Origin: a virus
Lineage: Duplodnaviria > Caudoviricetes
DNA length: 28,089 nucleotides
Direction: 5' to 3' (one strand)
IMG/VR virus record: IMGVR_UViG_3300020461_000816
Coordinates: 1-28,089 of that record
Under the pieces are notes generated by a model that was given only the letters and a program-made list of their open reading frames with translations, was not told the origin of the DNA and did no database searches. Both the position numbers and the translations under genes were made by a program. Shown in pieces: positions 17,401 through 26,000 of this stretch (its first letter is position 1; each line of letters opens with the position of its first letter).

Positions 17401-18923
17401 TACTCCCTTATCGAGAACAATCTTATAATGGAGCTATAGATATTGAATATTATACAAAATGTTTTTCTCAAGCATTAGCTCAATTGTATAACAGCCCAAG
17501 GGCTGAATATGTTTCAGATCGACTAATTATAGTATTAAGTGATGGAGTGACTGAGGCCCCAGACGGGCAAACCCCCTCAGGTAGAATGCATACTCTTCCT
17601 TGGTATAGTGGAAGAGCGAATCCAAACTACCCAAAAGACCAGTTAGGCTTCAAGAATACATGGAGCCCAGAGGCGCTAGCAATCTGCGAGCAGCTTAGAA
17701 AAGGAGGAGAGTTGGCGAAAAGAAGACCAAAAGACTCTATACTCGGAAAATCTGATTATACTCATGTTGACGAAAGGAGATTGAACCCAACAAATAATGC
17801 AAATGATGGGAGTGGGCCTATAGTCAACAATAATCCCCTTCATTGGATAAACCAATACTCAAACCAAAATAATCCAGATAACGGATCATCAAATCCAGAT
17901 TGGTATGAAGATGAAATTCCTACTGTTGTAGCTTGGGCGTCAATGGGGGACCCAAATTTCATATCTGACAATTGCCCTAAATATGTTTACGATTATGACG
18001 CTAATGATCCAGATAAAGATTTGCAGTTTTATTTTCCAATAAGCACCCCAACTGGAGGAACTGATCTAGGAGAAGTAGCAAGGTTAATATCTCTTATTTC
18101 TACTGTAGAAAAAATTACTTCTGACGCTTCAGGGATGCAAAATATATTTTGTGTTTCTATAAAAAATTGTGGCCCTCACCCAGTAAAAATATTAAATAGT
18201 ATTGTTAATTTAAAAAACGAACCAGAAGATTTAAAGTGGACAACGACAGTGCTTGAAGAGGGCATACCAAAAGATGGAGACTATAAAAACTTAACTATTA
18301 TAAGTCCATCAAATGATAGAGATAATATAAAACTTGGATATGGGGGGCAATATTATGGAGACCCAAACAATAAAGGGTTTCTTTCGGATCCGTCATTTGG
18401 AGATGAATCTTCTAATATGCTTTGGGAAAGCTTTAACACAGAAAAAGAAGTAATAAGAGACGGCAAGCACTTTTGGATTGACGGAGGATGGGATAGAGAA
18501 AAGAAAATTTTCCAAATCCAATCTGATGATGATTCAATCATAACATTGGATGATGGTCCTGTTCTGATATCAGACCCAGTAGCGATTGGGGAAATTCAAA
18601 CAAAAGGGGTATACAATACTGGAGTTGCGTTCAAAGGAATGCCCGTGAGAACTTTTAAGTCAACTGGAGGTCTTGAAATTATAGATTATAATATAGGGGG
18701 GGTAGATATCAATGAATGGCCAAATAACTCAAAAGGAAACTATGATCACCTTCCAATATTACAAAAAAATGAAGTTATAGACTTGTTTTTTGGAGTAAAA
18801 GTGAAGAACTTGCATGCTATAGGGGACGAAATACAGATAGTAATCAATACCGAAGACCATACAAAAAGAAAAATGGACTGTTATGCAAATATACAAGTAC
18901 CAATTAATTTAGCCCCCAGGTAA
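14418..18923 (+). CDS. Multi-domain minor tail protein: two lambda gpM-like (distal tail) domains plus VWA, carbohydrate-binding-like and Ig-like regions
   Basis: 1501 aa. Two homologous gpM-like units: 15153-15521 (WRPSYGS...INSLPLELGLSFKNRTDKEAKAIIHFL...NNNTISAKF) and 16416-16769 (KPSIA...INQNMATFNVVFEKRNDEEAAEILQFL...NNHTISATF). VWA/MIDAS motifs VDIIFIIDTTGSM (16956) and LIIVLSDG (about 17523-17546). Confidence 0.8.
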   Translation: MDIPTKEWVPGKEYAKDDIVKVWNLALPPYLDPDNIKNEDYFAGKYVKKLGDDDSNYVLTDKDEYIVTEVERGEIFTEKTISKSSEIAFGLKFPIDPQIGYTAKATIRKSQEESDVKDPFLTRIVEKEKRIDINESVGVGVGIKFYDSNLKYIEPESQRMTVRPMASNELSHTEWYRAQIDIEPKFIPQDAAVGEVFIFVYGADVGGFDFRDVEATNLSKFFYCTEDHLSSPQNMPGGSSFWTQDFGWRPSYGSNSTFAAINESMVLGEGSDYVNNLAINSLPLELGLSFKNRTDKEAKAIIHFLQEKHFAYESIFALDYKGQRLLSSDVQSFNFIYTHPYRKDLKFTCIEFNHTVTYRNNNTISAKFICNTESSLRSVESHSGFNQRIDGVFPAYIDQKTEFIKGKKIKLNSFSLQDGGEGGEKSAISLEGLLEISSYGDIINGFPSAGLLTFKEDQDLEVGDCIYVDVLDPVDSVYSIGLGKIFKVLNSKNFVFGKGKGYVDGKLIPSLLTSGSTDDVMAIAQLSTDVDQPIDTDSEDTLIANSNSGDVPVVIKKILFCPEDCLTSQPILPDSVCGQKISHKDIDPTTGEERKKIVFLKNYRQLQLESDIDKDTFSIDVTPLSSFTLEKEDDFQILVPAVCGRSSIYIENPDKIPKYPWLQIRNFEQKPSIAFNINQRPKGFDSNFLKFYNKKYKKSINQNMATFNVVFEKRNDEEAAEILQFLESHLGYKKFRFTMPRPYLGDSSELTTQSRPFNSVFYCPSWEHQLVYKNNHTISATFIESSTGLQENFGNPDGPCYGAKVYNPVTEHNLCTFSSVAQAKFCSGSKMLTNENDGSMEIQRKAVDIIFIIDTTGSMTHRQVVGTGPNNNGYNYSKYKASIDLVLKMITAYDDYIVPGTLDYDGSFDAPAISQTQPPWPVDSSLNSLIDTSKTDIMADLTDKGYDVKNLEKFKIKIEKNRVNIGSMLVGDPVIINDVSEVPIAFDKKIAYDTILPYREQSYNGAIDIEYYTKCFSQALAQLYNSPRAEYVSDRLIIVLSDGVTEAPDGQTPSGRMHTLPWYSGRANPNYPKDQLGFKNTWSPEALAICEQLRKGGELAKRRPKDSILGKSDYTHVDERRLNPTNNANDGSGPIVNNNPLHWINQYSNQNNPDNGSSNPDWYEDEIPTVVAWASMGDPNFISDNCPKYVYDYDANDPDKDLQFYFPISTPTGGTDLGEVARLISLISTVEKITSDASGMQNIFCVSIKNCGPHPVKILNSIVNLKNEPEDLKWTTTVLEEGIPKDGDYKNLTIISPSNDRDNIKLGYGGQYYGDPNNKGFLSDPSFGDESSNMLWESFNTEKEVIRDGKHFWIDGGWDREKKIFQIQSDDDSIITLDDGPVLISDPVAIGEIQTKGVYNTGVAFKGMPVRTFKSTGGLEIIDYNIGGVDINEWPNNSKGNYDHLPILQKNEVIDLFFGVKVKNLHAIGDEIQIVINTEDHTKRKMDCYANIQVPINLAPR

Positions 18924-18924
18924 A

Positions 18925-20097
18925 ATGTCATTTATAGATCCAGAAGAAAAAGAAATTGGGTTTTCCCCGTTGCCTAAAAAAGGTTTAGATAACTTAGCTA
19001 AATGTGAGTTTTTGTCAACTGAACCAATAAATAACCCTTGTCATGGCTTTTCTGTTTCTGAAACACACACTAACAACTCAGTGCATGGAGCATCTGACGG
19101 GTCAATAAATATAACTGTTAACGGAGGTAAGTCTCCATATTCATACTCGTGGAGTAACGGGGCAACAACTCAAGATATCGGCAGCTTGGCGGCTGGAACA
19201 TATTCGGTTACAGTTACTGACGATAATCAGTGTGAAGCTTCTATTTCTGTTGAGATTACTCAACCGCTCAATGTTCCGTCTTATAGTAACTGTTTTAGCT
19301 CTTACCTGCCCGTAGACTCAGAAGGGCGAATATATGCCATACAGATTTTTGGCTCAGCCGGAAGGCAAGACGCAACTGGTGGGGGCATAAGAATGCTTGG
19401 TGGCGTTGGTGGAGCTGGAGCTGAGGGCCCTCAAAATAATAATAATTTCGGAAATGGAGAATTTGGAGGAGGGGAGCCTTTTGGCGTAGATGACACTAGG
19501 AGCAATAAAGAATATAGCCCTATAGCGTCTTATGGATCAGGGTGGAGAGAGTGTAGGTCTTTTTATGTGTTATTAAAAGATTCAAATGTGCCTGGGGCTG
19601 AAAATGCTCCATACTCTGTTGAGAGTCCGGTTGCTGGGGAGCCGTATAGTGTGGGGATACCAAATACTTTTGACTTTCTATACAACCAACCTCATTGGTG
19701 GAGAAACGCAATTGATCCGTCTTATCTAGCTTCTAATTTCCATGGAATGCTAGTGCCTCCTGGTTGGAGGATATCAGTTTATACTTTTAAAAACTTCACA
19801 GGATGTGATAAAAATTGGAGATATGCAAAACCTAATATAAGATATGAAGCAGATGGGCCTGTTTATTTTCATGATAGATACTCCCTCCCTTATGAAGCTT
19901 CTTATTCGAATGATTGTGGTTGGGATTTCTTTAAAAATGTTACGAATATATCAGTAACGGAATATCAGCCGGGAATTGGGTGGCAGGCAAACAGGGGAAC
20001 TATGCCTCAGTGGCACTATGATTGTGCCAGGTTTGATTACACTTATCCAGCCACTCATGGAGGGTATTCATATGCCTTTACTAAAATACCTCTTTAA
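18925..20097 (+). CDS. Tail-associated adhesin-like protein with one SprB repeat and a beta/gamma-crystallin-like motif
   Basis: 390 aa. HGASDGSINITVNGGKSPYSYSWSNGATTQDIGSLAAGTYSVTVTDDNQCEASISVEITQP (about 19084-19266) is a typical SprB repeat. GMLVPPGWRISVYTFKNFTG (19744-19803) resembles a crystallin Greek-key motif. Confidence 0.7.
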   Translation: MSFIDPEEKEIGFSPLPKKGLDNLAKCEFLSTEPINNPCHGFSVSETHTNNSVHGASDGSINITVNGGKSPYSYSWSNGATTQDIGSLAAGTYSVTVTDDNQCEASISVEITQPLNVPSYSNCFSSYLPVDSEGRIYAIQIFGSAGRQDATGGGIRMLGGVGGAGAEGPQNNNNFGNGEFGGGEPFGVDDTRSNKEYSPIASYGSGWRECRSFYVLLKDSNVPGAENAPYSVESPVAGEPYSVGIPNTFDFLYNQPHWWRNAIDPSYLASNFHGMLVPPGWRISVYTFKNFTGCDKNWRYAKPNIRYEADGPVYFHDRYSLPYEASYSNDCGWDFFKNVTNISVTEYQPGIGWQANRGTMPQWHYDCARFDYTYPATHGGYSYAFTKIPL

Positions 20098-20099
20098 TT

Positions 20100-21215
20100 A
20101 TGTCGGAAGAAATTAAAAAGTTTGTAAATACAGAAGGTGGCCTGCTGATCGAATTAGAAGGGACTTGTAGTGATGCATTTGCTGATTGTCGGATGCTGTG
20201 CAGGGATGGTATTGTTGATTCGGGTAGTTTTACTATTGTAAATGCATGCACCTTGCCTATAACTGTTACTGGTTTTGTTGTATCTGACCCTAAAAGATTT
20301 TCTTTGGTTGAATACCCTAAATACACAGGTAGCGGGGTGTACCCTTCTGGAGAAGTTCCTGAGCTTCCTATGCCTTTTACAATAAAACCCAGAGAAAAGA
20401 AAAAAATAAATACATTTTTTCATCCTCTTTACGAAGAATTAGAATATGGAAATGCTGGAACTATATTAAATAGAACTGGTGATAAATTCAGTTCTACAGT
20501 TCAAATGTATCCTGGGTTCCCAATATTAAATTGCTCAGAAAAATCAGACTGTGACGCAAGCGTCGTTTTGAGTGGAGAGTTTCTTTGTGATGACAAAGAA
20601 ATAGACAGAGAATGGATGAAAAACGAAGAAAATTTTATAACCCCAGAAGCTCTTCCTGATGGAATCCCAATGCCTCCATCAGATTTTGATGATGACCCTT
20701 CTAGTATTCCTGACCCTAGCCCCGTAGGATGTAACTCTAGGTGGATGGATGGAAATTACAAAATTATGCATCCAGATTATGACTCTGCTGGGGTATCAAT
20801 CACTTCTAGCCCGCAATTAATTTTAGATAATGCTAGATTTGGTTATAATGAACTAAAGAACTTCCCCGATTACCCGGGCCAAGGAAATAGCTTCAGAATG
20901 TCAAATGTTACTGTTCCACAAACATACACATTCTCAGAGCCAGTCACAGACCTGGTATTAGCATTATATAGTCTAGGTGATCCGAATAACCGTATTACAA
21001 TCACATCAAGTGCTACTCCTATGGATTATAGCAATGGAGAGTCCACTCTCACTGCTGGATGGGGGTTAACAATCGACCCGGGCTCTAAAACTATATATGG
21101 GCAAGAAGGATATGGCATGGTATTGTTCCCTGGAACACATACCTCGATAACTTTAACTCCAAATGCGGCTGAACATTATTACAATTTAGTTTGGGGTATA
21201 AAGTATTGCGAATAA
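20100..21215 (+). CDS. Tail-associated protein: N-terminal ASH/Ig-like domain, Pro/Asp linker, C-terminal beta domain
   Basis: 371 aa. FTIVNACTLPITVTGFVVS...PFTIKPREKKKINTFFHP...VVLSGE fits the ASPM-SPD2-Hydin Ig-like pattern. Linker PDGIPMPPSDFDDDPSSIPDPSP. C-terminal YTFSEPVTDLVLALYSLG...GQEGYGMVLFPGTHTSI. Confidence 0.6.
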   Translation: MSEEIKKFVNTEGGLLIELEGTCSDAFADCRMLCRDGIVDSGSFTIVNACTLPITVTGFVVSDPKRFSLVEYPKYTGSGVYPSGEVPELPMPFTIKPREKKKINTFFHPLYEELEYGNAGTILNRTGDKFSSTVQMYPGFPILNCSEKSDCDASVVLSGEFLCDDKEIDREWMKNEENFITPEALPDGIPMPPSDFDDDPSSIPDPSPVGCNSRWMDGNYKIMHPDYDSAGVSITSSPQLILDNARFGYNELKNFPDYPGQGNSFRMSNVTVPQTYTFSEPVTDLVLALYSLGDPNNRITITSSATPMDYSNGESTLTAGWGLTIDPGSKTIYGQEGYGMVLFPGTHTSITLTPNAAEHYYNLVWGIKYCE

Positions 21216-21224
21216 ATAAAAAAA

Positions 21225-22277
21225 ATGAGAAATACAGAAACATATAATAGAGAAATACTCCAGATTGAGCCTTCGACAATTGTATGTCTTTATAATATAA
21301 ACCTTAGAGATAGAGGTAGGTATTTATTTCATGCAGGAGAAAATGGATACCATAAGGAAATTATTTTTAATGGCCAAAAATATGATTACTTTCCTATTAA
21401 AGCTGAAGGTTTTAATATGAGTGGTGATGGTAAGCTTCCAAGACCGAAAATGACATTTCCAAATCACCAAGGAAACGTTTCTCTAAGATTGGGGGTATTT
21501 AAGGATTTTATTAATTACAAGGTTACAAGAATAAAAACATTCGTGAAATACCTTGATGCAGAAAACTTCCCTAATGAAATAAACCCCCATGCGGAACCTG
21601 ACCCAGACACCTCCTTTTCTGAGGATATTTTCTTTGTAAACCAGAAAACAAAAGAAAATGATAATGTTGTAGAGTTTGAATTAGTTTCTCTTCTTGAGCT
21701 TCAAAACGCCAGTGTGCCAGCAAGAACAATGTATTCTAATTATTGCGGATGGCAATACAGGAGTGATATTGGATGCGGTTATAGAGGGAGACCGATATCA
21801 GATCAAAAAAATAAAAGATTTGTGCCGAGTGGTTATACTGGGCAAATGGTAGGCGAAGAAACATATTTCTCTGGTGATTTTCTTCAAGAAAATGATTTCG
21901 CTTTAAACTCTTCTCACTTATATCCAAAATGGACTCGTAGCGGAAAATACAATAAGGGAGATGTGGTAAGAGTGGATATGGTGGATAATGATCTAGAAAT
22001 AGACAGAAAACTTTATCCTGTTAATATATATGTTTGTTTGGAAGATAATGTAAGATCAAATCCTATAGGTGATACTGAACGCTGGGTGCTTGATGATTGC
22101 GATAAAACATTATGTGGTTGCAGGCTTAGGTTTTCAGAATTAGCTACTGGAGCTGGAGGAGGAAAGAGGATGAATGCTCAAAATATAGATGCGTTCACAT
22201 CTATTGAATGGACTGAAAGTGGGAATGGTTTACCTTACGGAGGTTTTCCTGGAATAGATCCTTATGAATACAAATAA
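21225..22277 (+). CDS. Minor tail tip protein, lambda gpL-like (predicted Fe-S cluster binding)
   Basis: IIFNGQKYDYFPIKAEGF...GKLPRPKMTF, KVTRIKTFVKYLDAENF, VEFELVSLLE, CGWQYRSDIGCGY, CDKTLCGCRLRF and C-terminal LPYGGFPG are hallmark gpL motifs. The four conserved Cys are present. Confidence 0.93.
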   Translation: MRNTETYNREILQIEPSTIVCLYNINLRDRGRYLFHAGENGYHKEIIFNGQKYDYFPIKAEGFNMSGDGKLPRPKMTFPNHQGNVSLRLGVFKDFINYKVTRIKTFVKYLDAENFPNEINPHAEPDPDTSFSEDIFFVNQKTKENDNVVEFELVSLLELQNASVPARTMYSNYCGWQYRSDIGCGYRGRPISDQKNKRFVPSGYTGQMVGEETYFSGDFLQENDFALNSSHLYPKWTRSGKYNKGDVVRVDMVDNDLEIDRKLYPVNIYVCLEDNVRSNPIGDTERWVLDDCDKTLCGCRLRFSELATGAGGGKRMNAQNIDAFTSIEWTESGNGLPYGGFPGIDPYEYK

Positions 22278-22989
22278 TTTTCATAATGATATTGTATCTC
22301 ACGCCGAGAAAAACCCAGAAGAAGAGGTTTGCGGTTTTGTAATACTTAACTCTGATCTCACTGTATCTTCTGAGCCAGCTGTAAATGAAAACAGAGAAAA
22401 AGAAGATTGTTTTGAGATTTCTGCTAGTAAATTTATAGATTATAAATTAAATAAAAAAATACTGGGCATTTATCATTCGCATCCCAGAAGTGACGAAAAC
22501 CCTTCTGAGCGAGATAAAAAAGTATCTGAAGAAATGGGTATTCCATATTTAATATATAGCTTGCAGACTAAAAAGTTCTTTCTTTATTACCCCGAGTCTT
22601 ATTCTCCAGATAATTTGCTTGGCAGGCCATATGTTAAGGGCTTCTATGAGTGTACGTGCCTCTTTAAAGACTACTTTGAAGTCGAGCTAGGGATCAATAT
22701 CACAAGGTGGCACAACAACTACTGGTTGACGGAATCAGATAAAGAGGCTAATATAATATTAGAAGAAGTACTTGATAAAAATTTAAATAAAATTAATTTA
22801 ACGGATATTAAAAAACATGATGTTATCGTTTTTCAAATAAAAGACAATAAAAGAAAGCATGTTGGTATGTATTTGGGGGATGATTATTTTATTCACCAAT
22901 GTGGCGGAGGACTTTCTCAGAAACAATTTCTTGACGGTAGGTGGCAAAAGAAAATAAAAGGAGCATACAGGCACCCGTCTTTGGTGTAA
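22264..22989 (+). CDS. Tail assembly protein, lambda gpK-like (JAB/MPN + NlpC/P60)
   Basis: EEVCG...IYHSHP...PSERD is the JAMM motif. LLGRPYVKGFYECTCL...HVGMYLGDDYFIHQ is the NlpC/P60 Cys-His-His pattern. It follows gpL. Confidence 0.93.
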   Translation: MNTNNFHNDIVSHAEKNPEEEVCGFVILNSDLTVSSEPAVNENREKEDCFEISASKFIDYKLNKKILGIYHSHPRSDENPSERDKKVSEEMGIPYLIYSLQTKKFFLYYPESYSPDNLLGRPYVKGFYECTCLFKDYFEVELGINITRWHNNYWLTESDKEANIILEEVLDKNLNKINLTDIKKHDVIVFQIKDNKRKHVGMYLGDDYFIHQCGGGLSQKQFLDGRWQKKIKGAYRHPSLV

Positions 22990-22995
22990 ATATAC

Positions 22996-23006
22996 AAGGA
23001 AAAAGG
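22996..23006 (+). promoter_or_regulatory. Purine-rich ribosome binding site AAGGAAAAAGG before the gpI-gpJ start
   Basis: AAGGA at 22996-23000 lies 6 nt upstream of ATG 23007, within the 17-nt gap after gpK. Confidence 0.5.
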
Positions 23007-26000
23007 ATGAAAAAGGTATATCTACATGGGGCTCTTGGCAAGCATTTTGGTAAGGAGTGGGAACTTAATGTTTCCACCCCAGCTGAGGCCATTCATGCTC
23101 TTTTTGCAAACAATCCTGAGATAGAAAAATATCTAAATAACAAACATCAAGAAGGTGTTTATTATGGAATAAAAAAATCTGGAGAAAAAAATTTTTCAGA
23201 AGCAGGAGACTATCCATTATCAACAGATAAAGATTTGCATTTATTTCCTATTCCTCAGGGGGCTGGATTTGCTGGTAGTTTATTGTGGCTTGCGGCCACA
23301 ACAGCCGCGTCCATGTATGTTAATAAAAAAGTTGCAGAGGCGATGGAGAGAGATGACAGTGTCACTCAAACTCAAACGCAATCTTACATATATAATGGGG
23401 CAGACAATAGATTTTCGCAAGGTGCTACAATACCAATAGGATATGGAAAAGTAAATGTTGGTAGTAATGTTATTTCAGCCTGTGCTATTAATTACGATTA
23501 TAATTCTGAGAGTGGTAAAATATTTAGTTTTAGTAATGGAATACATAGTTTAGTCCCAAATTATAGTAAGTATTATAATCCCCTCTTAGGACCATTGGTT
23601 TCTAGTTTTGCGAGAAGCGTATTTGATGGAGAAAGCAAATACAGAATAGTTGATCCTGCATTTCAGTATATAACAGAACGCTTAAGTTCTTCTATTTTTG
23701 GAACTGTAGATGGATTGTATGGTGGCTTTAAGCCTCTTGATGAACAAAAAAATGAGATAACAAGTGTTAAGGAAAAAACTGGAAATTGGATTGGTGGATA
23801 TTATTACTATAATTGGAATTATGCAAAAGGTATAGATCCTGAGTTTTTAAGAAACAACAACTTTCAGGCAGATGGAAATTGGTATCCCAATGGATGGGCA
23901 ACAGCTGATATTCCAGAACAAGAATCCAAAAGGTTTGCGGTCCCAGAATCAAATGCATTAAAATCTTCGTTTGTATGCCTTCAAAGCATTCCAGTGCAGG
24001 ATAGCGAAACTCTTTCAGAAAAAATATTTTATCCAATTATATGGAGCGAAGATACTCTTCCAGATTTAAAAAGAAATGAAGGGTACGATAAGGATGGAGC
24101 GTTTCCTGTTCCTGTCGGCGAAAGATGGAGGGCAGGAATCAAAGAAAGTGGCGTTGGGTGGCATAAGCTTGAATCGACATCTGTTTATAAATCTATAGAC
24201 CTCATATCAGAAGGAGAGATTGATGGTTTTTCTGATAAAAATGGAAAGCTTTTGGAGTTTGATTCAGGACATTATACAGATACTTCTTCCGTTACCCCTA
24301 TGAGGAACGAAAAAGATGATTATCTTCAAGGAGTATTTCTTAATGAGACCCCTGTAAAAGAAATTAATTTCCAAAAAGAAGATGATGGTTTAGATGCTTA
24401 TAATATCAATGAGTTTGATATAGATGTAGCCATGAATGATGATGGCAGCATGGGGGCTGAAGATCAAAGGTTGTTAGAAGATCAATATTTATTTACAGCA
24501 TATACTAAAGAGATAAATTCCAGGTTATATGGCCCTAGGGCGGTAAATTTTGACGAAATGAAATATATTTTACCAACAGAGCCATTTGAGGAAGGTAACC
24601 TTTATGAGCTTGGAGAATATATAACATACAATGATAATACATATCGAGTAATCAAAGATATGAATAATGCTTTTCGCCCAAAGACTAGCTATGCATCTGG
24701 GGATCTTGCTTATATAGAAAATAATGGCGATTATTCTTTTTATCAAGCGAATGAAGGAATTGACGAGTATAAGCTTTTTAGTGGTGAATATGTAACTCAT
24801 GATGGTACTAATTTTGATAGAACTTACCAAAATGGAGATAAGATAAGAGCTGAATCTTATGATACGAACCAATATGAGAATGGAGAAATGTATCGATCTT
24901 TTTGTTACAAAACAATGGGCGCTGATGCTGGCAAGTTTTTAGGGACAATAGACGCTTCAATAGATTATTCAAATAAAGTTGGGTATTTCATAATGGATGA
25001 TATTAATAAAGATCCGGTTATGAATACCAATTCCCCTATTTATCTAATTACTGGAGCAACAATGCAACCTGGAGATAGTATCGATAGTTTTTCGTCTCTT
25101 ATATATTATGAGGATGGAGATGTATCTTATGGGTCTGATCCTATATGGCTGCTAGAAAATCTTGATACCATATATGAGGGGACAGTAGCCAACCTTACGA
25201 ACCAAGATGGGGATGATGTAACTGTTGATTTATCTAGTACTAGTAGTTTAAATGTTATTGGTTCAACAGTCGTGGACATAACCCCACCAAATACGGACCT
25301 ATGGGACCCTATTGATATAACAAACCCAGAAAGTATGCCTGGTTATTTTCGTAAGTTTACAGGTGAAGATCTGGATTCTGTCGCGTCACGTATGATGCAA
25401 GAAGAGAATTATATTTCTCATACAATTATTAATCCACTTGTAGAGGAAGCATATATAAGTTTACAATTAGATGAGCTTGGATATAATTACGAAGGAGACC
25501 ATGTTGAGGTCACATATAAAATTGGAGAGCTTTGGAATATACTATTGGTGGCATGGCAAGCTTATCATTTATATAAAGGTGGAGAGGCAGTAGCGAACGC
25601 GGCATTTTTCTTTGGTCAGGCAAGCGCTAATTTATCGGTAGCAGCATCGGTGCCGCAAGCAGCTGCCGGGCAAAAAGCGGCTGCTGCGATACATAAAAAA
25701 CTGGCAAAACGGGAATTGTTAACGGCAGCAAAAGAAGCGTTAATTCTTGTTGCGATAGAATTAGTAAAACAATTCATAAATCCAGAAGATGGTTGGAAAA
25801 TTGGAACAAAGATAGAAAATGCTGGAGAAGTTTGGCCCAATAAAGCAAAGTTTAGGATAAAGTATGGCAATGAAGGAGAAGAGCCTTATAGCACTGATAT
25901 ATTTTTCTATGGAGTTGCTACTTCGGCATATAGAAAAGATATAAAAATTTACTTTCCCCCAAACCCTGACCAAAGAGATAGGATAATTAAAGTATATAAA

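Noticed and set aside
18925-20097. Assigning the host as Bacteroidota from the SprB repeat and weak Shine-Dalgarno usage
   Set aside because: SprB-like repeats move between lineages, and most starts here are translationally coupled, so the evidence is insufficient.
22984-22995. GTGTAAATATAC as a phage late promoter
   Set aside because: It is plausible by position, but I found only one instance at a gene junction in this window, so there is no internal support.
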